A stretch of 64,000 nt of DNA, taken from NCBI GenBank assembly GCA_965655095.1, contig OZ296653.1:5456001-5520000 (forward strand), read 5' to 3'. The stretch comes from Haplodiscus bocki. Taxonomy: Eukaryota. This document shows, piece by piece, positions 12,417 through 23,253 of the stretch. The notes beneath the pieces were generated by a model. It did no database searches and was not told the DNA's origin. It was given only the letters and a program-made list of their open reading frames with translations. Numbering within the stretch: position 1 is the first letter of the stretch; each line of letters begins with the position of its first letter. A program made the translations under genes and the position numbers.

Positions 12417-13586
12417 TCAAAAACACCGTATTTACTCCTAAAACTTCTCTTTTGTTTTAAAATTTTGAGTCGCGCTATATAAGGGTGACCCAAGAAACAG
12501 TGTTTGTTTAAATTTGAAGCAATCAATATAGCGGTTATTGGTAAATAACACGCCGAACACGCAATTCCCAGCAGCCTCCGCTTAAAATTCGTCTTTCTTC
12601 TAAACCAAAACGCCCAGTTTCACTTCGTTGTTTTTTTCATGCTGGCGGATGTTCGGAATCATACTATAGATTTTCACTTTGATGTCCGAAATCAGTGCCA
12701 TAATTTCAGAATTGAAAAAAATGGAGCGGAAAATTTCAGCATGTATCGTTTTTAGGTCACGTATCATAAGGGGTTAAGATGGTCGCGGGGTTTTAATGCT
12801 TCTGTGTGGAAATCACACACCTTGAAGAAGTCATGGAATGATATCATTTCCAATACCAGAAATTTCATCACAGCTAACTTTCATGGTTCGTCGACGCTTC
12901 TTGATATTACTGAACTTAATTCATTGTAATACGGGAAATAAATCAATGTCAAGAACAAGTTACATCGAGGTTCTACAGTAACCTGCTCCGTCATTTCAAC
13001 CAACAGGCTCATAAATTAACCTATTTTATGCGTGTCCTGAAACGTGCTGGTTTGATGTTGTATCATTGGAATTTATTGATGAGAAGCAGCAAAACTTTTC
13101 TGACTGTTTACAGTTGAAGAGAATTCTTTTGAATACTTTATGAGCCTTTTTAGAAGGATAGTTTGAAAAATTGAGCCAAAGGGAAATTGGATGCACTCTA
13201 GATTAACGGCCACACTTGGTTGAGAGAGTCTGTAGCACAAACGCTGGTGGAAAATACAATACAAACACGAACTATTGAAGTGCTAATACTCTGTTGACCC
13301 AGTTACAAGGCTCTTATATCACGAGGGGGTTCCAATCGAAAGTTCCTAGACGGCGTTTGGGGCAAATCCAAACTATATCCAAAAATATATGACAAATCGA
13401 ACTATTACTCAACGTGGTAAAGATAATTAAACGCGGAGGGACTCCTTCCAAAGCAAGTGAAGTTGACCAAAAACTTCAATTAGCATGTAAAATATTCTTA
13501 GTAATTGCAGCCCAGTTTTAGCACAACGAATTTTTATCAAGTACAGTAGTGGAGAGGGTGTCTAAAAGAGAGGGTATCCTTTGTAC

Positions 13587-13741
13587 CTTTTGTATCTTTT
13601 CCAGGTCCATGGTCCTCATGGCTTGATCCAGACCCTTCACTACTCCGCCAAGGTTCTTGGCTACACTCTGCATATTGGCCGCCGTCTTTACTCTGGAAGA
13701 CACAGCGTCCAGTCGCGATGCCAGACGCAAATAATTCAACT
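13587..13741 (-). CDS. CHMP1A: CHMP1A-like, exon 2
   Basis: LNYLRLASRLDAVSSRVKTAANMQSVAKNLGGVVKGLDQAMRTMDLEKIQK. Acceptor tttgacag (13742-13743) is phase 1, matching exon 1; donor GT at 13586 is phase 0, matching exon 3. Confidence 0.95.
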
Positions 13742-14049
13742 CTGTCAAAACACAAATACACATAGAACGCCACACTCTGTGTAGCTTGAGCCCTTTTGGC
13801 TTGTTCAAATATTATAGAGCAAAAATTGATAATCCAAGAACTCGAGAACATTTGCTCAGTTTAAATCAAGCTTTCAACACTAAGGCTTACTCCGACAGAG
13901 GTGGTACTTTGGGTATTTTTGATAAATATTATATCAAAAAAAATAATTCAATTCCAGGAGCTCATGTCATTCGCTAGGCAGGCGATTATCAGAGCTATAC
14001 GGCAAGCCCAGAATTGTTTTCTGAACATCGCATAATTTCTGCTCGCTGT

Positions 14050-15400
14050 GACCGGATCGTGGACAAAACCAAAACGCTTTTTCCAAAGTTCTTGATTCAC
14101 GCAAGTATGACACAGAGCAGAAACGAAGCTTCACAAAGCTGGCAACAAAATTGGAACTATGTTTGTTATTTGACATGCCACTTCGAAAACGAACTGCCAT
14201 CACCCGCAATTTCGTAGAAATACAAGTGTTTACCCACTTGAAACGAAAAATCAGGAAACAGCGCCTCAAGTTAACGGGAGCAGTCAGTTACGAGCCCGTC
14301 GAAAAGGATTTGATAGGAAGGAAACCAATCAATAGTTTTTCCAGAAATCAAACATTGAAGAAGCACAGCATTTTCATCTGCGTGTTCCGTGTGTCTCAGT
14401 TTTGCGAGTTATGTTCCGACGACGTTGGATTACAAGTGTACCTAGCGTTTTAAAAGCGTCACCGGTTTTTTAGCTGAGAAGTTGTCTCGGAATGCCGAGG
14501 ATCGCAAATCCCAAAAATTATCTACAATATTTCAAAATTTGGGGCGAAAAATAACAAGAACAAGAAGCACCTTAAACTCAAAAACAAAAATCAAATTTCT
14601 GTACAGTTCTATCAGTAGGCACACACTTAATTGGAAGTCAACCTGCACGTCTTTATGGCTTACCGAAAGTTCACAAGAAAGACGTTCACTTCATACCAAT
14701 CGTTTCCATCTGGATCTGCCTACGATAACGATGGAACTCTGTCGCCAATTGGTGGGGAAACTGCCGGAATCCAAAATAGACTGTGACAATAAAAAGGTGG
14801 CCAAGGTTCTCCGATCTATAAAATTGAATGAAGAAGTTTTCACGTCACTGGATGTCACATCGTTGTTCACCAGGGTGCCGTTACGAGAAACTACCAAGAG
14901 AAATGTCAATCTTTTAGCTGAAAGACATACTTGAGATAATGAAAGAAAGGAGAGACGGATCTTTTGCTTCTGGCCTGTAAAAAAGGATGAATCTTCACTC
15001 CACAAGGACATTTCACAAAGTGTGACAGGATAGCCAAGAGATCTCCTCCAGATCCCCTCCTATCCCAGCCAATATCTTTTGAGACAATTTGGCACCTGCC
15101 TGAAGGAGAAAAGTTGAGGTTCCCTTTATCAGAGGCATGTTGAGGACATTCTACTCACAGTGAAACCCTAACACTGGATGATGTTCCTCGTTATGCAAAC
15201 TCTCTCCATAGCCACTTGAAGTTTACTTCCTTAAGCTTGAGTCAGATTGCTCTTTCCTCGACATGTGCATTACAAGGAACGAAGCCGGGTAGTTCGACGT
15301 TGCGCTGAAAAATCTAATCATTACCGCCTGCTATCGATAAAAATCCCTTGTGCTGGGAACCGTTTACATTTACTTTTCCACATCTGCCCCAAATGGAATA
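14050..15400 (+). mobile_element. Decayed Penelope-like element (PLE) reverse transcriptase
   Basis: PARLYGLPKVHK..PIVS (about 14642-14707), SLDVTSLFTRVPL (14845-14883) and degenerate Y.R.V.DI (about 15127-15150) are PLE RT motifs; boundaries approximate. Confidence 0.8.
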
Positions 15401-15479
15401 TATTCCATACCCAACTTCACAAAGCCCAGATCCTCTCCGCGTGCAACGTTGCTTATCACCCATTGATAACCATCATCCT

Positions 15480-15960
15480 ACCATTGGGCCTCTAGTGGAG
15501 AGTACAAGTGCTTTTTCAGATATCTTTTCAGTCGGAACATGATATCTTTATTATAGCAACATGTTTTAAAAAATTACTTCAAAATTTGTTCGGCGCTTTA
15601 CTGCAAGAAAAATGCCGACTATCACAGTGACTTTTTTGTTTTCGAAAGACAACAGACTGCCACTGAATCGATCCATTTTCAACAGAAGTTGCTTTGCACA
15701 TTTACTTTTCATATGGTTCAAGGGTAGGACAAAAGGTGTCCCAAGCCCCAGGTTGCAGGTTCGAACCCCTGTATAGGCTATATTGTTTAAATTTTATACC
15801 GGAAACTATACCAAAAATCCTATTAGACTCTGGCCATTCCTGGTTTCTTCTTCCCGATATTTCAAACGACAAAGTAGTGGAATGAGCAATGTATGGCTGG
15901 GCTCTGCTCATCTCGACAAACTCATTTTCCGCTTTCCGCCCATATTTAACGATGGAAGGA
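15480..15960 (+). repeat. Interspersed repeat with tRNA-like B-box, copy A
   Basis: GGTTCGAACCC followed by tataggcta...taccggaaactataccaaaa; homologous to 48100-48700 on the minus strand. Confidence 0.6.
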
Positions 15961-15974
15961 GAATCATCCACCCA

Positions 15975-16454
15975 ATACGCTAAAACCGAACGTTTTTCAA
16001 AAAAAAATTTGCCAATAAATAATGTCCGATGTGAGTGAAATTGTCTAATGTTGTGACCGGGAAATTTTTCATCACCAGATTACGGCAAATTTGCCGTACA
16101 TGTAACTGAAAGAGTAGATTTCTCAAAATTACAAAATAAAAGGTTTTTTGAAAAAAAAACTTTTTTTTAAACAAAATCTGTTTTTTTTTAAACAAAATCA
16201 TTCTTTTCAAAACTCGGTGAAGGTGGCAAACTTGCTGCAGAAAGCATATCAAAAGATATTGGTTCATAAAAATGTCTTGTTTTTCCACCCGAATTGAGGG
16301 CTTTTTGCAGAAATCAGAGAGATTTAAAATTTCGAAAAATTTTCAAAATTTGCTGAAGATGGTAGTTTTTCGAGAGAACGCTTTCAACCTTCTAAAAGCT
16401 ATCTTTAGCGAAGTCAGAGGGCGGGAAATATGCCGGTGGTGGCCGGCCGTCTTG
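15975..16454 (+). mobile_element. Non-autonomous Helitron-like repeat, copy 3
   Basis: Same core as copies 1-2; ends in hairpin GCCGGtggtggCCGGC then CTTG|T. Confidence 0.55.
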
Positions 16455-17149
16455 TTTAAGAACTATTCGACAAGTTTTCCGAATCAAGTAAATTTCGAGT
16501 TGAGACAATTTTTTTTTTAAAATTTCTGTCAATACAACGGTTTCGGCACCTACCGAGCAATCGAGAAAAAAGGAATGGTAGCAATAATGTTTGGGAAATT
16601 TCAAAAACCTCTTTTTTGCCCAACGTTCGAAAATTTCGCCGTAATTAGTCCAAGCAAAACTTACGTAACGTTTTGGATTTAATTTGTGGCAAAAAAATCA
16701 ATATATGGAAGATTTAAAAAATGCAAAAACACATTTGAGCTTATATGAACGCATTTTGGACCTACTCATATTCGAAAAATTTCAGAACCTCGCTAAAAAC
16801 TTGAATATCGTGTTTCTGCGTAATTTAATTATCGCTTTATAGCTGACAAGCTGATTGGGAACGCCAAAATTGCCGAACTAGCTATTTTTGCCAATTAGGA
16901 AGCACTTCAAACTGGCCACTTTATGAAAAGTTTCCAGAAATTGGAAGAAATTACATTGTGCTTTATCAACGGGTACTGAACATTAGCTGGAACGTGTTGT
17001 GACCGAATGCTCCATAACTTAAACTTGACTTGTTTACCGTATACTTTCGTGTTTGTAAACAGCGGAGCGCCATTTGTTTTACTCCATAAGAGGACTATGG
17101 AAAGAAGTACAATACGTAACAATTGTCTTTACCGTAGAACAGAACATTG

Positions 17150-18300
17150 CACAGTAACCAAGATTCTTTTATTCAAATTCATACTATTACCGAATATTGG
17201 CCGAACACGACCGACAAAAATTTTGCTCGAAGAGAAAGCAATCTATGCAAGCCTTGATGAAAAGACAGTAGACGGTAAGAGACCCCATAGCTCGAGACAA
17301 TGACTGGAAAGAATTGAACAGTATATAAAACGGGTACACGAAATTGAAATCGGACACCTAAAACAGAATACTCGTCAACAAAAACATGGACCAGAAAACA
17401 AACAAGACGTCCTGCAGACGGTAGGCCTCGAAACGGTACATCAAATAACCCACCCGATCAGCATACCGGACCGGAAGAGTTAAAGTTCATAAACTTTTCA
17501 ATCTACACAACATAACAAAGGGAATAAGAACAACAAAAACTTTGGGCTAAACAAACAGACACCGAAACATTGGCAGATCACTGTAAAAAACTAATACCCT
17601 CGAAGATAGAATGTAAGATCCCATACTTCCACGGAAACTACATACCTCAAAAAACATCATCAATCACCGACAAAAAGCTACAAATAAATGAAAGAAAAAT
17701 AAACAGACCCACCTAGAACAAACCCAGTAGAAAAACTCAACAAAAACATCACCAAAAAACGAGAATACAAAACCAGATGCATTTTAATTACCGAAACAAA
17801 GAAATTTTGGGAGAGCCAACACAAGTATTCAACAGAAATAATTACGGAATTCCACCGAAAGAAACAATGATAGATTTTGCAACGCATTGAATTGGAACCC
17901 GATCTGAAATACGACCACGTAACTAACATGCCAAAGCCGTAAAAAGAAGGGACATTTGGCAAAGAAAAACCATCGTCGGAGCAATTCAGAACAGTCAAAA
18001 GATCCACTGAGTGAGATTCAGCGAGTAGGGGAGAATGGAAATCGCAATACAATGAAAAATAAATATTAATCGGACGGAAAAAGATTTTATCAATGACACG
18101 GATCACCTGTTACCATCATATTGCCGAAAGACAAAATCATGATGAGGCACATGGAAAAGATCAAAAAAAACAGAAACTTGTTTGTACAAAGAGGTATGAA
18201 GTAAAACTCAAGGGAAAAATAATGCTGAGCGCGGAAAACGAACATCAGAAGAAACAAGTATAGATTCTATTCTGAACACAGACCCAAAAAAATTAGGCCT
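17150..18300 (+). mobile_element. A-rich LTR-retrotransposon-like remnant
   Basis: Strongly A-biased decayed coding-like sequence similar in texture to the neighbouring gypsy pol; no clean motif. Confidence 0.3.
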
Positions 18301-19040
18301 CCAGAGGGTATGGATTCGTTGGGAGATTTTCAATTGACCGTACATAATAAACAAAGGCGAACCTGTGCTTCGCAACACATCCACCAATGGAACCCTAGAA
18401 AACAAATGGCCACAATAGAACTGATTTTTGATGGGGCCGAGATACGAATACTTCCGATAAGTCTATAGAAACTCAAGTTTCTCTACACTCATATACAAGT
18501 AAGAGCAGCTATATTATTTCGCAAGATGTTTCTCTATACTCATATACAAGTAAGAGCAGCTATAAACACCATTCGCAAGATGTTTTAGACAAAAAGACTG
18601 ATTCTGAAGCGGCAATGGCACAGTAAGTATAGCATTCGACTGCGGCACGTAGTCTAAGGTTCGAGCCTAGGCCACTCTCTCGTTTCTGGTCAAAATCTAG
18701 GAAGTAGCTTGTGCAACTGTGATTACTACGAACCAATCAGAGAAGACCACCATTAAAGAACAATTTGAGAAGCTATTACGGAAAGGTGGAACAAAAGATA
18801 TTGAAACATAGAGGTGAAGCTGTGCTTCGCAACAGTTGCGCCAACGGAACACTAGTTATTTCTTTCTATATTCAATATGGAAATTGCCAAACCGCAAACA
18901 ACAAAAGCTCAGTTGGTAGAGCAAGTGATTCCAGTGCGAAAGGTCCCCAGTTCCAGCCTATACCACAATCCCTCACCTTTGGTCAAATGTGGGAACTTGT
19001 GTCAGTTGTGAACGGATCGGATGAAAAAATAAGACTGTCT
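18300..19040 (+). repeat. Two tandem ~460 bp units each carrying a tRNA-like segment
   Basis: ctgtgcttcgcaaca...ccaa(t/c)ggaac(c/a)ctag at about 18362 and 18820; tRNA-like segments at 18611-18675 (GGTTCGAGCC) and 18906-18965 (AGCTCAGTTGGTAGAGC). Confidence 0.6.
18478..18585. repeat. ~50 bp direct tandem duplication
   Basis: tttctcta(c/t)actcatatacaagtaagagcagctata...ttcgcaagatg occurs twice. Confidence 0.9.
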
Positions 19041-19899
19041 TAAAACTCGCTTGCGCAAGATAACTAAAAGTCAATCAAAGCCGGGGCACTTTCCCATTGA
19101 ACAAAAAACGAGACCACTCCTCATATCAACTACACAAAAACGTGGAAAAAGAAACCAATTTAAAAATGAAATCCAGACATCTCAAAATGACGCAAAATGC
19201 TGATAGGATTGTTTCGTATTGCCGATAGTCTAAGAAAGGAAAATCCGTACATATTACATTTGATCCAAGAAAACTAAAACACAATTTGTGTGAAACTGAA
19301 AGCACGTATGGCAATATCAAAGAACTTCTGAATCAAACATCTGTCGAGAGTCAGAAAAAGTTTCTGCGTGTTAGCTGACATCCCAACACTTTCAAGAGAA
19401 AATGATAGGACTTTGAATTACCAAACACACTTCGGCTACAGGATAAAAATGTTGCGGCAAGAAACTCGAACGAAAAAACGCAAAAGGTTCAAGACATTGG
19501 AAGGAGGGGCATAAAGAGAGAATGAACGAATGAAAATCAAGATAGAATCATAAGTTTACATTATTCTTGCAATGGCTCCTTCAAGGGTGCTCAGGTCGTT
19601 GCATCCAAGGGTTTTTCTGTGAGTCTTCAAAATGTCTGCTGGTCTCTGCCAGTGTCTTGGGCGTGTTTTCAGGGTATCTTTGAATCCTAGGATATCTCTG
19701 ATGGAAGCTTCTCTTCTTCGAACGTGTCCCAGGTGGCATGAGCGTCTTTTCTCGAACCAATTCGAAAGGGGGTTTGAATTTGTTAGTTCGTACAGTTTAT
19801 CATTCGATATTTTCTTGGGATAATGGATATCTAGAATCCACCTGAGATGTTATCGGTGACAGATTTCAAGGGTGCTATTAAAACCCTAATTAGAGTGCA

Positions 19900-22000
19900 A
19901 CGTGGAGCAGTTATACCTCAACATGGGTTTTCACAAAAGTATTGTATACTTCAGTTTTCTTGGAAAAATTGATGAATCTGTTTTTCCAGATAAATTTGTT
20001 TTCTCTCAGGGCTGTTAAGCTGAGTTATAAAGAGAGAGAGGAACGAAAACAAAAATGGCTGCGCCACGAAGGTGATGAGCACAGGATTAAACAGGTTGAG
20101 AAAGTAGAATCAAGAACGCCAAATGAAGTATAATTGAACTCAATCTTGAAGGCATATCAAAACATAGCCAAATTCGTAAGGGAATTATCAGAGAAACAAA
20201 CGGCATCAGATAATTTACGAAAAAACTAATGACTTTAGGACACCGAAAAAGAAAACGATTGCAACGGAACTAGGAGAATGATTATAGAAAAAGCATGCCT
20301 AGCTTACTATGCAAAGGATAGAAATTATACCTTAATCACAGATGCAATTAGAACCGATTGAGGAATACATTATGGCAACAACAAGATGATCCAACGCTAC
20401 GACCGACACCCCTGGCAGGTCTAGATCAAACAGCAAAATTACCCGGTCGGAGAAATGGGAATACTTGCAGTAGTGTTTTTGATTAGAGAAAACGTATTTT
20501 TTTTGTATGGCAGAAAGTTTATCTAATATTTCATTACCAGGCACTTGAACCGCAGACTAAACGAAATCCGGTGACTTCAAAATATAGCTGGAGAAACAAG
20601 ATGCCTTGGTAGGCTATCACAATGACATATGTCACAAAATCTTATTGCCAGTGGTAATTTATATTCAAGCTGACGCAATAGAAAAAGGAACAATTGAAGC
20701 AGCTTAAGAAACTGAATGTCTTCAGTAGCACTTTGAAAAAGTTCAAATTCAACTACATGCGCGGCTGAACCTGGAAAAAAGGATTCACTCAATGGATCTA
20801 TCCAAATTAGGAAGCGAAACAAAACTGATATTCACACTTTCCAAATTACTGACGCGTGAACAATCACCATAAGCTACACTCAACGCGCAAAATATTTCTT
20901 ACCATTTTCCAATTTTTTTGGAAGTTTTACATTTACGTTCAAATACGTCATATTTAGATACATTACAGTTGAAATGAAGAAGAAAATCAATCACATGTCG
21001 ATAGGACGAGACAAAAGTGGCGCAATTGGATCTCGAGCTGTTATTCCAAAATGGCGAACGCAACAGATGACGGAGCGCAGCAGAGTACGAGAAAGTCACG
21101 AAAAAGAATAAAAGCTGAAAGAGGACACAAACTGGAAGATATTTCGGACAAAGAGGAAAAGGAAGTGGTGAGCCGATAACTTTCAAATCGCAGATTTACG
21201 AGAGTACGATATTACGGCAAAAATACAACAACTATATCCAGGATAACCAAGTGATCAACAATAACAAGTGGTCGAAGATAAAAAGCGCTGAAGCAGAAGA
21301 ACATGAAGGGAAGGCCGAACTCATTTTCATGACGGATTTCAAAACTCTTGTTCATAAAACTTTGCTTACAGTTGTCGCAAGTAAAAGTTTGCCAGAGAAA
21401 TTTTTGCAAAGACTGAGTACTCGAAAGGTGCAGGACGGTATTCCCTTGATTGTCGGTGAGGAAGGGATTCTTAGTTGTCGAGGAAAAAAGATTGTCATCC
21501 CAGAACAATTTTCAAAAAGCACGTGATAGCCACGAAGCGGATACTCCGGCTCAACGAATATGCATGCGGACGGAGACATATTTTCGTGGCTTGACCAGAA
21601 GGAGGAAATTGGAGAAAACTCCACTTCATGCTCAGTTTGCATGAGTTCAGGTAAAATTTAATTGTCAAATACTCGCCATACACAAAAATAATTACAAAAT
21701 AACAAAACCAGGTCAAGAGATGTAATTACATAAAAAATACCAGTGAACAGTACATTCTATTTGGAATTGATATATTCAGTAAATGGTCGGTGGTAAAAGT
21801 TTGCAAGTTCACAGAGGCGGTTGAGCGTGCAATCCAAACGGCTGAAAACCGGATTATAGCCAATTTAGAAGATGGAATCGGATTGACCGAAACTGGAAAA
21901 GAAGAGCGTTGACAAAAATGAAAATTACAGTACATAACGGACTACGAAAATCTTTCTTTTGAACTAAATGGGGCAGAAAACCGAACTCACAAATATCATA
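19900..22000 (+). mobile_element. Decayed Ty3/gypsy pol (RT thumb, RNase H, integrase)
   Basis: Fragments AKFVRELSEK, LITDA (20332-20346) and integrase-like pieces, with many stops and frameshifts. Confidence 0.6.
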
Positions 22001-22575
22001 GAAGACGGTAGATCACATTCATCGAGATGAGAAAATTAGAACGGTTCAGTGAACCGAACACGGATATCCAGTTCTGTCGGCAGGAATGAGGAAGAAGAAG
22101 TTACCGACATTCCGGTCGTGGCCAGAAAGACTATGTGCGTGTTGTTCCAACAAAGAATCACCTCAACGAAAACTGAATACGTCAGATAATGAAGAATATC
22201 CTGAAACACTCATGGAAAAAATGTAAATTCATTGAAAGGAAGATTGGACATTCCTTCTTTTCTACAAACCTGTTTCGAGAATGGAACATGACGCAACTAC
22301 AGATTACTTTTACACCAAAAGCTAATCTGGAACTCAAGTATTTTTATTTGCAAGCTCCATGTGTCAACTTTTAATGCAGTTTTCATATGGCGTTAATTTT
22401 TATATTCATTTAAATATTCCGTTGTAATAAAAATTATTAAAAATGGCAAGATCATTAGTAGTAGCCAATACCCTCCCTCCTCCCCCTCACTGCTACCAAT
22501 AACCTGTCATTATTGACCACTACTATCATGTGAATTATGCTTCAAATGAAGATCAGCGGGATGTTGGTGACTCAC

Positions 22576-22780
22576 GTTCATTTTTCTTCCTGATCGCACT
22601 CTGAGCATGGACCTGCGCCACTTCTGTGTTCTGTTCCTCCAGGGCCTTCTTCACCTTCAGTCTGCAACTCTTCATGTCCTTCTCACACTTCTTGGCTTCT
22701 CTCTCCATGCTCTTGGATCCCATCCTCAGACTCAGCATCAGATTATCCATCTTGTTACTGCTGCCCCCGCCCCCAAACAT
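22576..22780 (-). CDS. CHMP1A: CHMP1A-like, exon 1
   Basis: MFGGGGSSNKMDNLMLSLRMGSKSMEREAKKCEKD..KVKKALEEQNTEVAQVHAQSAIRKKNE, donor GTGAGT at 22575. Spliced CDS is 205+155+270=630 nt (209 aa). AIRKKNE, ENGLEV and RRLA.LR match CHMP1A rather than CHMP1B. Confidence 0.95.
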
Positions 22781-23057
22781 CTTGTCTGCTGATTTACTGT
22801 GTCAGCCCAGCCGCCGCAAACAGATGGCAGATGGATGATGAATTTGTCTCACTTCCACAGCTAACACTTCTAATTATTCATTGCTCATCTGCAAAGGTAA
22901 ACACACTCAAACAACTTCCACCACAACGTAGAAGTCCCACGTGGAATTTGCTATAACAGCTTCTGTCCAACCTTCTTCTTGTCTTAAAGCACCGGCATTT
23001 TTAATTGCCGGTAACCGTTCCAAAATTTGCCTAGTGCACCGATTTAGTAACAATTTC

Positions 23058-23253
23058 GGATCTTTTCTGTTAAATGTTAATCCCCCACCCTCCCACGCAG
23101 AAGCGAACTGGTCTCTGATTGGCTAAAATTCACCACCGCGTGAGTTGAAGCATTACACCGGTTATTATTATTTTGCATATCAATTATGGTGTGTGTGTGT
23201 GTGGGGGGGGGGGGGGGGTTAGATCAGTAGGGGGGAATTAACAGAAAAGATCC
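23058..23253. mobile_element. MITE with perfect TIRs and 8-bp TSD
   Basis: TIR GGATCTTTTCTGTTAA / TTAACAGAAAAGATCC; TSD ACAATTTC at 23050-23057 and 23254-23261; internal region homologous to 52940-53128. Confidence 0.9.

Noticed and set aside
12430-12778. piggyBac-like MITE ending AAGGGGTTAA
   Set aside because: No matching left TTAACCCC terminus found nearby
14040-14085. Possible hammerhead remnant upstream of the Penelope-like RT
   Set aside because: The core CUGAnGA and GAAA are both broken; not supportable
18478-18585. CRISPR-like repeat-spacer pattern
   Set aside because: Only two units, inter-repeat sequences are similar to each other, eukaryotic context, no cas genes
18906-18975. 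tRNA gene (AGCTCAGTTGGTAGAGC)
   Set aside because: T-arm and acceptor stem are degenerate; repeat-derived rather than a functional tRNA
22938-22943. CACGTG E-box upstream of CHMP1A as a CLEAR/TFEB site
   Set aside because: Flanks are C/G rather than the T/A of the CLEAR motif; a single hexamer is expected by chance
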